Part shown: positions 18,647-26,365 of the stretch, piece after piece
Numbering within the stretch: the first letter of the stretch is position 1
Layout: each line of letters opens with the position of its first letter
Assembly (NCBI GenBank): GCA_028122735.1
Contig: JAOHSR010000001.1
Location: 15,711-79,710, forward strand
Direction of reading: 5' to 3'
DNA length: 64,000 nucleotides
Source: Flavobacteriales bacterium
GTDB taxonomy: Bacteria; Bacteroidota; Bacteroidia; Flavobacteriales; BACL11
The notes under the pieces: generated by a model
Database searches by the model: none
Seen by the model: the letters and a program-made list of their open reading frames with translations, nothing else
What the model was told of the DNA's origin: nothing
Program-made: the position numbers and the translations under genes

Positions 18647-19886
18647 AAAAACTAAAGAATTTGCACAAATACTTGATAATGATGATCCATTAGCATCATA
18701 TCAAAGTCAATTTCATTTTCCATATCAAAGAGATGGAAATAAACATATTTATCTGTGCGGAAATTCACTTGGACTACAAAGTAAAAAAACTTCTGATTTT
18801 GTTAATCAAGAATTAGAGGATTGGAAGACTTTAGGAGTTGAAGGGCATTTTCATGCTAGAAATCCATGGCTCCCATATCATGAATTTTTATCGGAAAGTT
18901 ATTCTAAAATTATTGGTGCAAAAGCTACAGAAGTTATTGCAATGAATACATTATCTGTTAATTTACATTTAATGCTTGTTTCATTTTATAGACCAAGTAA
19001 AAAACGCTTTAAAATTATAATTGAGGATGATGCATTTCCTTCAGATATTTATGCAGTTGAATCTCATATTAGTCATCACGGCTTAGATCCTGACAAGGTT
19101 CTTATAAAACTAAAGCCTCGTAAGGGAGAGGCAGCACTAAGAACTGGTGATATTACTAAATATATAAAAGAAAATTCATCAGAGATTGCATTAATAATGT
19201 TGGGTGGTGTAAATTATTATACTGGACAGGTTTTTGACATGCAAAAAATTACTAAAGTAGCTAAAGAAAATAAAATTATAGTTGGTTTTGATTTAGCTCA
19301 TGCAGCAGGAAACATAAAGTTGGCATTACATGAATGGGGTGTAGATTTTGCCGTTTGGTGCTCATATAAATATTTAAATTCTGGACCTGGTTCTGTTGGC
19401 GGAGTATTTATTCACGAAAAGCATCATGAGAAAAGCATCCCAAGGTTTGCTGGATGGTGGGGTCATGATAAAGATAGTAGATTTAAAATGCCTGATAAAT
19501 TTATTCCGATTAACACCGCAGAAGGCTGGCAATTAAGTAATCCTCCAATTTTGTCACTTGCAGCGGTTCGCGCTTCCTTGTCATTATTTGATGAGGTTGG
19601 AATGGAAAATCTAATTGATAAATCAAAAAAATTAACATCGTATTTAGTTTTTTTAATGGAAAATTTATCCTCGAATAGAATTAGTATTATTACTCCTGAG
19701 GAGCGTGGTTGTCAAATATCAATTAGAGTTTTAAATGGTAACAAGCAGTTATTTGATGAAATTACTACAAGAGGTGTCATTGCTGACTGGAGAGAGCCTG
19801 ATGTTATTAGAGTTGCTCCTGTCCCCTTATATAATAGTTATATGGATGTGTTTAATTTTTATAAAATTTTAGAAGATATATTATAA
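18636..19886 (+). CDS. kynU: kynureninase
   Basis: 416 aa. The PLP-lysine context is AVWCSYKYLNSGPG. The overall class-V aminotransferase-like layout is typical of KynU. It overlaps the upstream gene by 11 nt. Confidence 0.9.
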   Translation: MNYKKTKEFAQILDNDDPLASYQSQFHFPYQRDGNKHIYLCGNSLGLQSKKTSDFVNQELEDWKTLGVEGHFHARNPWLPYHEFLSESYSKIIGAKATEVIAMNTLSVNLHLMLVSFYRPSKKRFKIIIEDDAFPSDIYAVESHISHHGLDPDKVLIKLKPRKGEAALRTGDITKYIKENSSEIALIMLGGVNYYTGQVFDMQKITKVAKENKIIVGFDLAHAAGNIKLALHEWGVDFAVWCSYKYLNSGPGSVGGVFIHEKHHEKSIPRFAGWWGHDKDSRFKMPDKFIPINTAEGWQLSNPPILSLAAVRASLSLFDEVGMENLIDKSKKLTSYLVFLMENLSSNRISIITPEERGCQISIRVLNGNKQLFDEITTRGVIADWREPDVIRVAPVPLYNSYMDVFNFYKILEDIL

Positions 19887-19887
19887 A

Positions 19888-21225
19888 ATGGAGAAAAAAA
19901 TCATAATAGTTGGAGCCGGTCTTGCAGGCTCTTTATGTGCTTTATATATGCTGCAGCGTGGTTATGCTGTATCAATTTATGAGAGAAGATCCGATATGCG
20001 TAAGTCTGTAATGACTGCTGGTCGCTCTATTAATCTTGCTTTGTCAGAAAGAGGCTGGACTGCTTTAAAAAAAGTTGATATTGAAGATAAAGTAATGGAG
20101 ATTTCTATTCCCATGCCAAAAAGAATAATGCATGATTTAGAAGGAGGGCTTACTGATCAGTACTATGGTAATGAGGACCAAGCGATTTATTCAGTTCCGA
20201 GAGGTGAGCTTAATGTTTTGTTAATGAATCTGGCTGAAGAAAAAGGAGCTCAAATATTTTTTAATCACAAATGTGTTGATGTTAATACAGAATATGCTGA
20301 GTTAAAGCTAATTAATGACAAAGAAGGATCTGAAATCAATATTAAATGTGATTTAATTGTTGGTGCAGATGGGGCATTTTCTGCTGTAAGAGATAAAATG
20401 AGTCGTCAGGATCGGTTTCAGTTTTCACAATATTATATAGAACATGGATATAAAGAGTTGTTAATTCCTGCTAATAATGATGGCTCTCATAAAATTGAAA
20501 AGAATGCATTACATATATGGCCCAGAGGGAATTTTATGCTAATTGCCTTGCCTAATTTAGATGGGAGTTATACATGTACACTTTTTTCTCCTTTTGAAGG
20601 GGAGGATTCATTTAAAGAGCTTAATACACCCAAAAAAGTAACATCTTTTTTTAACAAGGTATTTAAGGATTTTACGCCATTAATTCCCAATCTGGTTGAT
20701 CAGTTTTTTAATAATCCAACAGCATCGCTTGGTATTTTTAAATGTTATCCATGGCATATCAAAGGACATTGTGTATTAATCGGAGACTCTGCTCATGCTA
20801 CTGTTCCTTTTTATGGACAAGGAATGAATGCGAGTTTTGAAGATTGCAGGGTTCTTGATGAATTAGTTGAGAAGTATGAGGAAGACTTCTCATTAGTATT
20901 AAAAGCGTTTTCTAAATCAAGAAAGCCAAACGGAGATGGTTTACAGGATCTTTCATTACACAATTTTATTGTAATGAGAGACAAGACAGCTGACCCAAAA
21001 TTTTTATTACAAAAGAAAATAGAACAAAAATTTTCTCAATTATATCCTGATAAATGGGTTCCATTGTACACAATGGTATCTTTTACTAATATTTCATATT
21101 CTGACGCATGGGAAATTGGTATGCAACAAGAAAAACTTATGTCAGATATTATGTCAATTAAAAATATCGATAAACTTTGGGACTCTGATGAGGTTATGCA
21201 AAAAATGCTTGATCTTTCTATATAA
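19888..21225 (+). CDS. kmo: kynurenine 3-monooxygenase (FAD-dependent)
   Basis: 445 aa. Contains the FAD loop IIVGAGLAGS and the GD motif LIGDSAHATVPFYGQGMN. Confidence 0.88.
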   Translation: MEKKIIIVGAGLAGSLCALYMLQRGYAVSIYERRSDMRKSVMTAGRSINLALSERGWTALKKVDIEDKVMEISIPMPKRIMHDLEGGLTDQYYGNEDQAIYSVPRGELNVLLMNLAEEKGAQIFFNHKCVDVNTEYAELKLINDKEGSEINIKCDLIVGADGAFSAVRDKMSRQDRFQFSQYYIEHGYKELLIPANNDGSHKIEKNALHIWPRGNFMLIALPNLDGSYTCTLFSPFEGEDSFKELNTPKKVTSFFNKVFKDFTPLIPNLVDQFFNNPTASLGIFKCYPWHIKGHCVLIGDSAHATVPFYGQGMNASFEDCRVLDELVEKYEEDFSLVLKAFSKSRKPNGDGLQDLSLHNFIVMRDKTADPKFLLQKKIEQKFSQLYPDKWVPLYTMVSFTNISYSDAWEIGMQQEKLMSDIMSIKNIDKLWDSDEVMQKMLDLSI

Positions 21226-21270
21226 TTACTTCCTTTATTAGATTTTACTATTCTTTAAAAAAGACTTTCT

Positions 21271-21380
21271 TCTATAAATAGTTAAAAAGTATATAAAAGT
21301 ATATAAAAGTGTATAAAAGTGTATAAAAGTGTATAAAAGTGTATAAAAGTGCACAAAAGTGCATAAAAGTGCATAAAAAT
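21271..21380. repeat. 10-bp-period tandem repeat (about 9 clean plus 2 degenerate units), consensus GTATAAAAGT
   Basis: Read directly. Clean units are ATATAAAAGT x2 (21291, 21301), GTATAAAAGT x4 (21311-21350), GCACAAAAGT (21351), GCATAAAAGT (21361) and GCATAAAAAT (21371). Degenerate units TCTATAAATA and GTTAAAAAGT precede them (21271, 21281). The repeat is intergenic, between kmo and the MORN gene. Confidence 0.95.
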
Positions 21381-21431
21381 AATTTATTCTAAAAGATTAA
21401 TGTATTAAAACATAGTTTATTTAATTATATT

Positions 21432-21439
21432 TAGATTTG
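21432..21439 (+). promoter_or_regulatory. candidate -7 box (TAGATTTG) for the MORN-repeat gene
   Basis: Exact TAnnTTTG match 18 nt upstream of ATG 21458. It lies about 50 bp downstream of the tandem repeat. Confidence 0.45.
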
Positions 21440-21457
21440 AACATATAAAATACGTAC

Positions 21458-21862
21458 ATGATTAAATTTTTACTCCTCTTTTTTTTGATTCCCTTTTATA
21501 GCTATTCTGGCTGTGAAGATGGAGACTGTAATAATGGCTATGGTACATATATATGGTTTAATGGTGATACTGATACGCGTGGTTGGGTTGAGGGAGATAA
21601 ATATGTTGGTATGTTTCTTAATGGAAAGATGCACGGACACGGAATACTTTATTTTAAAAACGGCAATATTTATAATGGATCATTTCATAATGGAAGCAAG
21701 TCAGGCTATGGAAGTTTAATTTACAAAAACGGAGAAAAGTATTTGGGTAATTTTTTAAATGACAAGAAGCATGGCGCCGGAATTTTAATTACTAATAATG
21801 GGGAAGAGAACAATGTTCGTTATAAATTTGGTGTAAAATTGAAGGATAATGAATTATTTTAA
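21458..21862 (+). CDS. MORN-repeat lipoprotein
   Basis: 134 aa. Signal peptide with a lipobox-like FYSYSGC, then an acidic stretch after the Cys (EDGD). At least four YxGxxxxGxxxGxG MORN units follow (YVGMFLNGKMHGHG, YNGSFHNGSKSGYG, YLGNFLNDKKHGAG). Confidence 0.75.
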   Translation: MIKFLLLFFLIPFYSYSGCEDGDCNNGYGTYIWFNGDTDTRGWVEGDKYVGMFLNGKMHGHGILYFKNGNIYNGSFHNGSKSGYGSLIYKNGEKYLGNFLNDKKHGAGILITNNGEENNVRYKFGVKLKDNELF

Positions 21863-22577
21863 ATTTAATAGTCTATTTTTTTTATTAATACTTTTTTACT
21901 GTAATAATTCTTTTGCACAAATTGATCTCTTAAAGGATTTTTCAAAAAATACAGATGTTATTTTTAGAAAAAAAAACATTTCAAATAATGAAATTTATTC
22001 TGGACTAAATGAGGCTTTAGTAATTTCTGTTAAAAATTCTTGTAATAAAGCTTCAAAGGCAGGCGGGTTTTTAGAGAATAATAAAATTAGAATAGACTTT
22101 CCTAAAGAAATCATAAGAGTTAAAATATCATGTAATAAGATAGGTTTATCTCATTTGGTTGTCAAATTTGAAGGTAAATTAAATAAAACTGCTGAACAAA
22201 TTTCATTGTACGCTAGTGAGATAATTTTAGAATCTGTTAATGATTTAAAATTTACTGACGCTATTGCTATTTTGAATGGTCCCGAAAACGCTCTAACTAA
22301 ATATTTGAGAGATGATTCATATAATAATTTATATAATGCTTTTTACCCACAAACACTGAGAGCCATTTCCAATACTGGTATTCAAAAGCTATTTGATAAT
22401 ATCATAAAAAAATATAATAAAATACCGCTAGTTAAAAAAGTAGATTTTGATTTGTCAAATTATATAACCGTTAAAACAATTGATGGAATTTTTTTTCTAA
22501 TTAGCGAAGAAGAAAAAAAGATTAGAAATAATCCAAAGGCTAGAACCACTGAACTTTTACAGAAAATTTTTAAATAA
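21849..22577 (+). CDS. secreted protein, DUF4197-like
   Basis: 242 aa with a signal peptide (FFLLILFYCNNSFAQ). The segments SNNEIYSGLNEAL, TDAIAILNGPENALTKYL and KKYNKIP match my recollection of the DUF4197 pattern. It overlaps the MORN gene by 14 nt. Confidence 0.5.
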   Translation: MNYFKFNSLFFLLILFYCNNSFAQIDLLKDFSKNTDVIFRKKNISNNEIYSGLNEALVISVKNSCNKASKAGGFLENNKIRIDFPKEIIRVKISCNKIGLSHLVVKFEGKLNKTAEQISLYASEIILESVNDLKFTDAIAILNGPENALTKYLRDDSYNNLYNAFYPQTLRAISNTGIQKLFDNIIKKYNKIPLVKKVDFDLSNYITVKTIDGIFFLISEEEKKIRNNPKARTTELLQKIFK

Positions 22578-22578
22578 T

Positions 22579-23346
22579 ATGAAAAAATCTATCTATATAA
22601 TAATATCCTTTTTATTAGTATCATGCTCATCAAATGGATTAAAAAAAACCATCATACTTTCCAAAGCATCACCTAATTATGTTAATTGGTTGATGGATTC
22701 AAACTTTAATATTGTTAATGCATATGATTGTAATAATTTAGATAGTCTTCTCTTGCTTGCAGATGGAATTGTATTAACTGGAGGTGAGGATATAAATCCT
22801 TTAATGTATGGAGATAGCTTAAACTTATTACTTTGTGAAGCGATGGATTTTCGTCGAGATACTATTGAGAAAAAGCTATTTGATTTTGCATTGTCTAAGC
22901 AAATTCCGTTTGTAGGAATTTGTAGAGGTATGCAGATGATGAATGTAGCACATGGAGGAACATTATATGGCGATATTCCAACAGAGTTGGGAGATAGCGT
23001 GGTACACAGGAATAATGGAGAGGTAATGCATGATATATTAGTCACATGTAAGAATTTAGATTATGTGAATATGATTTTCCCTCAAGTATCTATTTCACTT
23101 CCCCAAAGTATTGTTAGAGATACGATATTTACAGTTAATTCTTGGCATCATCAAGGACTAAAAGATATCGCTGAGGGAATCAATGTTATAGCTGAATCTT
23201 CAGATGGTTTGCCTGAAGCTGTTATAATGGATCAAAATATTCATCCATTTATGATTGCCGTTCAGTTTCATCCTGAAAGATTAGGTTCGGATAATGGGAT
23301 TAATAAAAATATGCGTAGTCGTTTTTTCGATGCTATTTTTGAATAG
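22579..23346 (+). CDS. lipoprotein with class-I glutamine amidotransferase / peptidase C26 (gamma-glutamyl hydrolase-like) domain
   Basis: 255 aa with lipobox LLVSCSS. Shows the nucleophile elbow GICRGMQMMN, WHHQG and the His/Glu pair in VQFHPE. Confidence 0.75.
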   Translation: MKKSIYIIISFLLVSCSSNGLKKTIILSKASPNYVNWLMDSNFNIVNAYDCNNLDSLLLLADGIVLTGGEDINPLMYGDSLNLLLCEAMDFRRDTIEKKLFDFALSKQIPFVGICRGMQMMNVAHGGTLYGDIPTELGDSVVHRNNGEVMHDILVTCKNLDYVNMIFPQVSISLPQSIVRDTIFTVNSWHHQGLKDIAEGINVIAESSDGLPEAVIMDQNIHPFMIAVQFHPERLGSDNGINKNMRSRFFDAIFE

Positions 23347-23363
23347 CATCACAGTAGTTTTTC

Positions 23364-23371
23364 TATTTTTG
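23364..23371 (+). promoter_or_regulatory. candidate -7 box (TATTTTTG) for gpmI
   Basis: Exact TAnnTTTG match 6 nt upstream of ATG 23378. Confidence 0.4.
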
Positions 23372-23377
23372 TATTAG

Positions 23378-24889
23378 ATGCAAATAAGCAAAACCATACT
23401 AATTATTTTAGATGGATGGGGTCACGGTAATAAATCAAAGTCTGATGTTATTTATAACGCTAACACTCCTTTTATAGATTCTTTATATACTCGATTTCCA
23501 AATTCGGAACTATTAACTGACGGAGAAAAAGTTGGACTTCCAAATGGACAGATGGGAAATTCCGAAGTCGGTCATCTAAACATTGGCGCAGGAAGAATTG
23601 TCAATCAAGATTTGGTGAAAATCAATAATGCATGCGAAACAAATTTACTAGCAAAAAATAAAAATTTACTAGCATCTTTTGAATATGTTAAAAAACAGAA
23701 TTCATCCTTACATTTAATTGGTCTTGTTTCAAACGGGGGTATACATTCTCATCAAAAACACCTATACTCCTTGTGTAGATTAGCAAATGAAAATAAAATT
23801 GCTAAGGTTTATATACACGCATTTACTGATGGTAGAGATTGTGATCCTAAATCAGCGAAAAATTTTATTAAGGAATTAGAAAAAAACTTGTTTGGAGCAA
23901 AAATCGCTTCAATTTCCGGAAGATTTTATGCAATGGATCGTGATAAAAGATGGGAGAGGATTAAGAAATCTTATGAAGCAATGGTAAATGGTAGTGGATT
24001 AAAAACTTCTAATATTCAAGAAACAATACAGGACTATTATAATGAAAATATTACTGATGAATTTATTCCCCCCACAGTTTGTGTTGATTCAGAAGGATCT
24101 GCAATTTCACTAATTCAAGACGGTGATGCGGTTATATGTTTCAATTTTCGTACTGATAGATGTAGAGAAATTACAACTGTTCTTACTCAAAAGAATATGC
24201 CCAAATTTCAAATGAATACATTAAATCTTCATTATACAACTATGACAAGGTATGATCAAGAGTACATTGATGTAAATGTTCTTTTTGATAAAAAAAATAT
24301 AGAAAATACTCTTGGTGAGGTTTTAGCTAGACATAAATTGTCTCAAACTAGAATTGCTGAAACTGAGAAATATCCTCATGTAACTTATTTTTTTTCCGGT
24401 GGTCGTGAGGTAAATTTTGAAGGAGAAAAAAGGTTAATGGTTGATTCTCCAAAAGTTTCGACATACGATATACAGCCTGAAATGAGTGCTTATGATTTAA
24501 CCAATATAACCATTGATGAGATTAATAAACTGCCTGATTTTATTTGTGTAAATTTTGCAAATCCTGATATGGTTGGTCATACTGGAAATTATAAAGCAAT
24601 TTTAAAAGCAATAGAAGTTGTAGATGTTTGTACACAAAAAGTTGTTGAGGCAGCTATGGATCAAAATTATAAAATAATGATTATTGCAGATCATGGAAAT
24701 GCAGATTTTGCTATTAATGCTGACGGATCTCCAAACACAGCACATAGCTTAAACCCTGTTCCATGCTTTATAATTAATACGACTTTTAAAAAGATGAACA
24801 ATGGTATTCTTGCTGATGTCGCTCCCACTATTTTAAGATTAATAGGAGTTGAAAAGCCCGAGGAAATGACAGGTAAAAGTTTAATATAA
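23378..24889 (+). CDS. gpmI: 2,3-bisphosphoglycerate-independent phosphoglycerate mutase
   Basis: 503 aa. Motifs are ILDGWG, GNSEVGHLNIGAGR and ADHGNA. Confidence 0.92.
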   Translation: MQISKTILIILDGWGHGNKSKSDVIYNANTPFIDSLYTRFPNSELLTDGEKVGLPNGQMGNSEVGHLNIGAGRIVNQDLVKINNACETNLLAKNKNLLASFEYVKKQNSSLHLIGLVSNGGIHSHQKHLYSLCRLANENKIAKVYIHAFTDGRDCDPKSAKNFIKELEKNLFGAKIASISGRFYAMDRDKRWERIKKSYEAMVNGSGLKTSNIQETIQDYYNENITDEFIPPTVCVDSEGSAISLIQDGDAVICFNFRTDRCREITTVLTQKNMPKFQMNTLNLHYTTMTRYDQEYIDVNVLFDKKNIENTLGEVLARHKLSQTRIAETEKYPHVTYFFSGGREVNFEGEKRLMVDSPKVSTYDIQPEMSAYDLTNITIDEINKLPDFICVNFANPDMVGHTGNYKAILKAIEVVDVCTQKVVEAAMDQNYKIMIIADHGNADFAINADGSPNTAHSLNPVPCFIINTTFKKMNNGILADVAPTILRLIGVEKPEEMTGKSLI

Positions 24890-24894
24890 ATAAT

Positions 24895-26289
24895 ATGAAA
24901 TACATTAATAAATATATAGAAGAAAATAAAAATAGATTCTTAGACGAACTTATAGAGCTATTGAAGATTCCATCAATAAGTGCAGACCCTAATTTTAAAA
25001 AGGATGTCCTTAATTGTGCAGAAGTAGTTGCCGATTCATTAAAAAATGCAGGCGCTGATAATGTTGAGATTTGTCCAACAGCTGGATATCCAATTGTTTA
25101 TGCTGACATGATTATTGATAACAGTTTACCTACTGTTTTGATTTATGGGCATTATGATGTGCAACCTGCTGATCCACTAGAATTATGGGAAAGTGGTCCT
25201 TTTGAGCCTATTATTAAAAAAACAGAAATTCATCCTGATGGAGCGATTTTTGCTAGAGGGGCATGTGATGATAAAGGACAGTTCTATATGCATGTAAAAG
25301 CATTTGAATTAATGATGAGTACTAATACCCTACCATGTAATATTAAGTTTATGATTGAAGGAGAAGAAGAGGTAGGTTCGGAAAATTTATCTGAATTTGT
25401 CGTTTCAAATAAAGAGAAATTATCATGTGATGCTATTTTAATTTCCGATACAGGGATTATTTCAAATACAACACCTTCAATTACTACAGGTCTAAAAGGG
25501 TTAAGTTATTTAGAAGTTGAGGTGACAGGTCCAAATAGAGATTTACATTCGGGTCTGTATGGTGGTGCTGTTGCAAATCCCATTAATATTTTGTGTGAAA
25601 TGATTGCTTCAATGAAGGATGAAAAAAATCATATTACTATTCCTGGTTTTTATGACAAAGTTTTAGAATTATCTAATGAGGAAAGAAAAAAAATGGCACT
25701 TGCTCCTTTTTCATTAGATGAATATAAAAAAGCAATAGACCTTTCAGATATACATGGAGAAGATGGTTACTCTACAATGGAAAGAGTTGGTATAAGACCA
25801 ACATTAGATGTAAATGGTATTTGGGGCGGATATATTGGAGAAGGTGCTAAAACAGTCATTCCGTCAAAAGCCTTTGCAAAAATTTCTATGCGATTGGTTC
25901 CAAATCAATCAGATGAGGAAATAACTAAATTATTTATTGAGTATTTTAAAGGAACTGCTCCTAAAAGTGTCAGTGTCAATGTAAATCCTCACCATGGAGG
26001 AGAGCCATATGTTGCTCCGACTGATATTTTAGCATATAGAGCTGCAAGCGAAGCGATGAAAGAAACATTTGGAAAAGAACCTGTTCCTGTAAGATCGGGT
26101 GGTAGCATCCCAATTGTTGCTCTTTTTGAAAAGGAGTTAAATGTTAAATCTATTTTATTGGGATTTGGATTAGATAGTGATGCAATACATTCACCTAACG
26201 AACATTATGGAATTTTTAATTATTTAAAAGGCATTGAAACTATACCATATTTCTTTAAAAATTTTACTAGAATGTTTAAAGAGGAATAA
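24895..26289 (+). CDS. M20-family dipeptidase
   Basis: 464 aa. Motifs are GHYDVQPAD, ARGACDDKG and EGEEEVGS, which are the metal and catalytic residues of M20 peptidases. Confidence 0.8.
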   Translation: MKYINKYIEENKNRFLDELIELLKIPSISADPNFKKDVLNCAEVVADSLKNAGADNVEICPTAGYPIVYADMIIDNSLPTVLIYGHYDVQPADPLELWESGPFEPIIKKTEIHPDGAIFARGACDDKGQFYMHVKAFELMMSTNTLPCNIKFMIEGEEEVGSENLSEFVVSNKEKLSCDAILISDTGIISNTTPSITTGLKGLSYLEVEVTGPNRDLHSGLYGGAVANPINILCEMIASMKDEKNHITIPGFYDKVLELSNEERKKMALAPFSLDEYKKAIDLSDIHGEDGYSTMERVGIRPTLDVNGIWGGYIGEGAKTVIPSKAFAKISMRLVPNQSDEEITKLFIEYFKGTAPKSVSVNVNPHHGGEPYVAPTDILAYRAASEAMKETFGKEPVPVRSGGSIPIVALFEKELNVKSILLGFGLDSDAIHSPNEHYGIFNYLKGIETIPYFFKNFTRMFKEE

Positions 26290-26365
26290 AAATATAATTT
26301 GAGATGAATGTTAATAATTGCTATTTATAGTATCTACAACAATTTGTTATTCTCAGAATAATATA

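Noticed and set aside
12511-21225. The kynurenine operon as a recently acquired, eukaryote-derived island.
   Set aside because: There are no flanking tRNA, integrase, transposase or direct repeats. Base composition and codon style look the same as the surrounding housekeeping genes by eye. The pathway is already known in Bacteroidetes.
21271-21380. The tandem repeat as a CRISPR array or as plasmid/origin iterons.
   Set aside because: The units are 10 bp and directly abutting, with no spacers, so it is not a CRISPR. There are no cas genes. I see no DnaA-box-like sequences and no replication genes nearby. It is reported as a minisatellite or curved-DNA element instead.
26318-26365. A TTG-initiated 16-codon N-terminal extension of the YyaL-like protein that looks like part of a signal peptide ([12 protein letters not shown]).
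   Set aside because: It is too short and lacks a positively charged n-region, so it does not make a convincing signal peptide. YyaL homology begins shortly after ATG 26366. The start remains uncertain and is flagged as such in the feature list.
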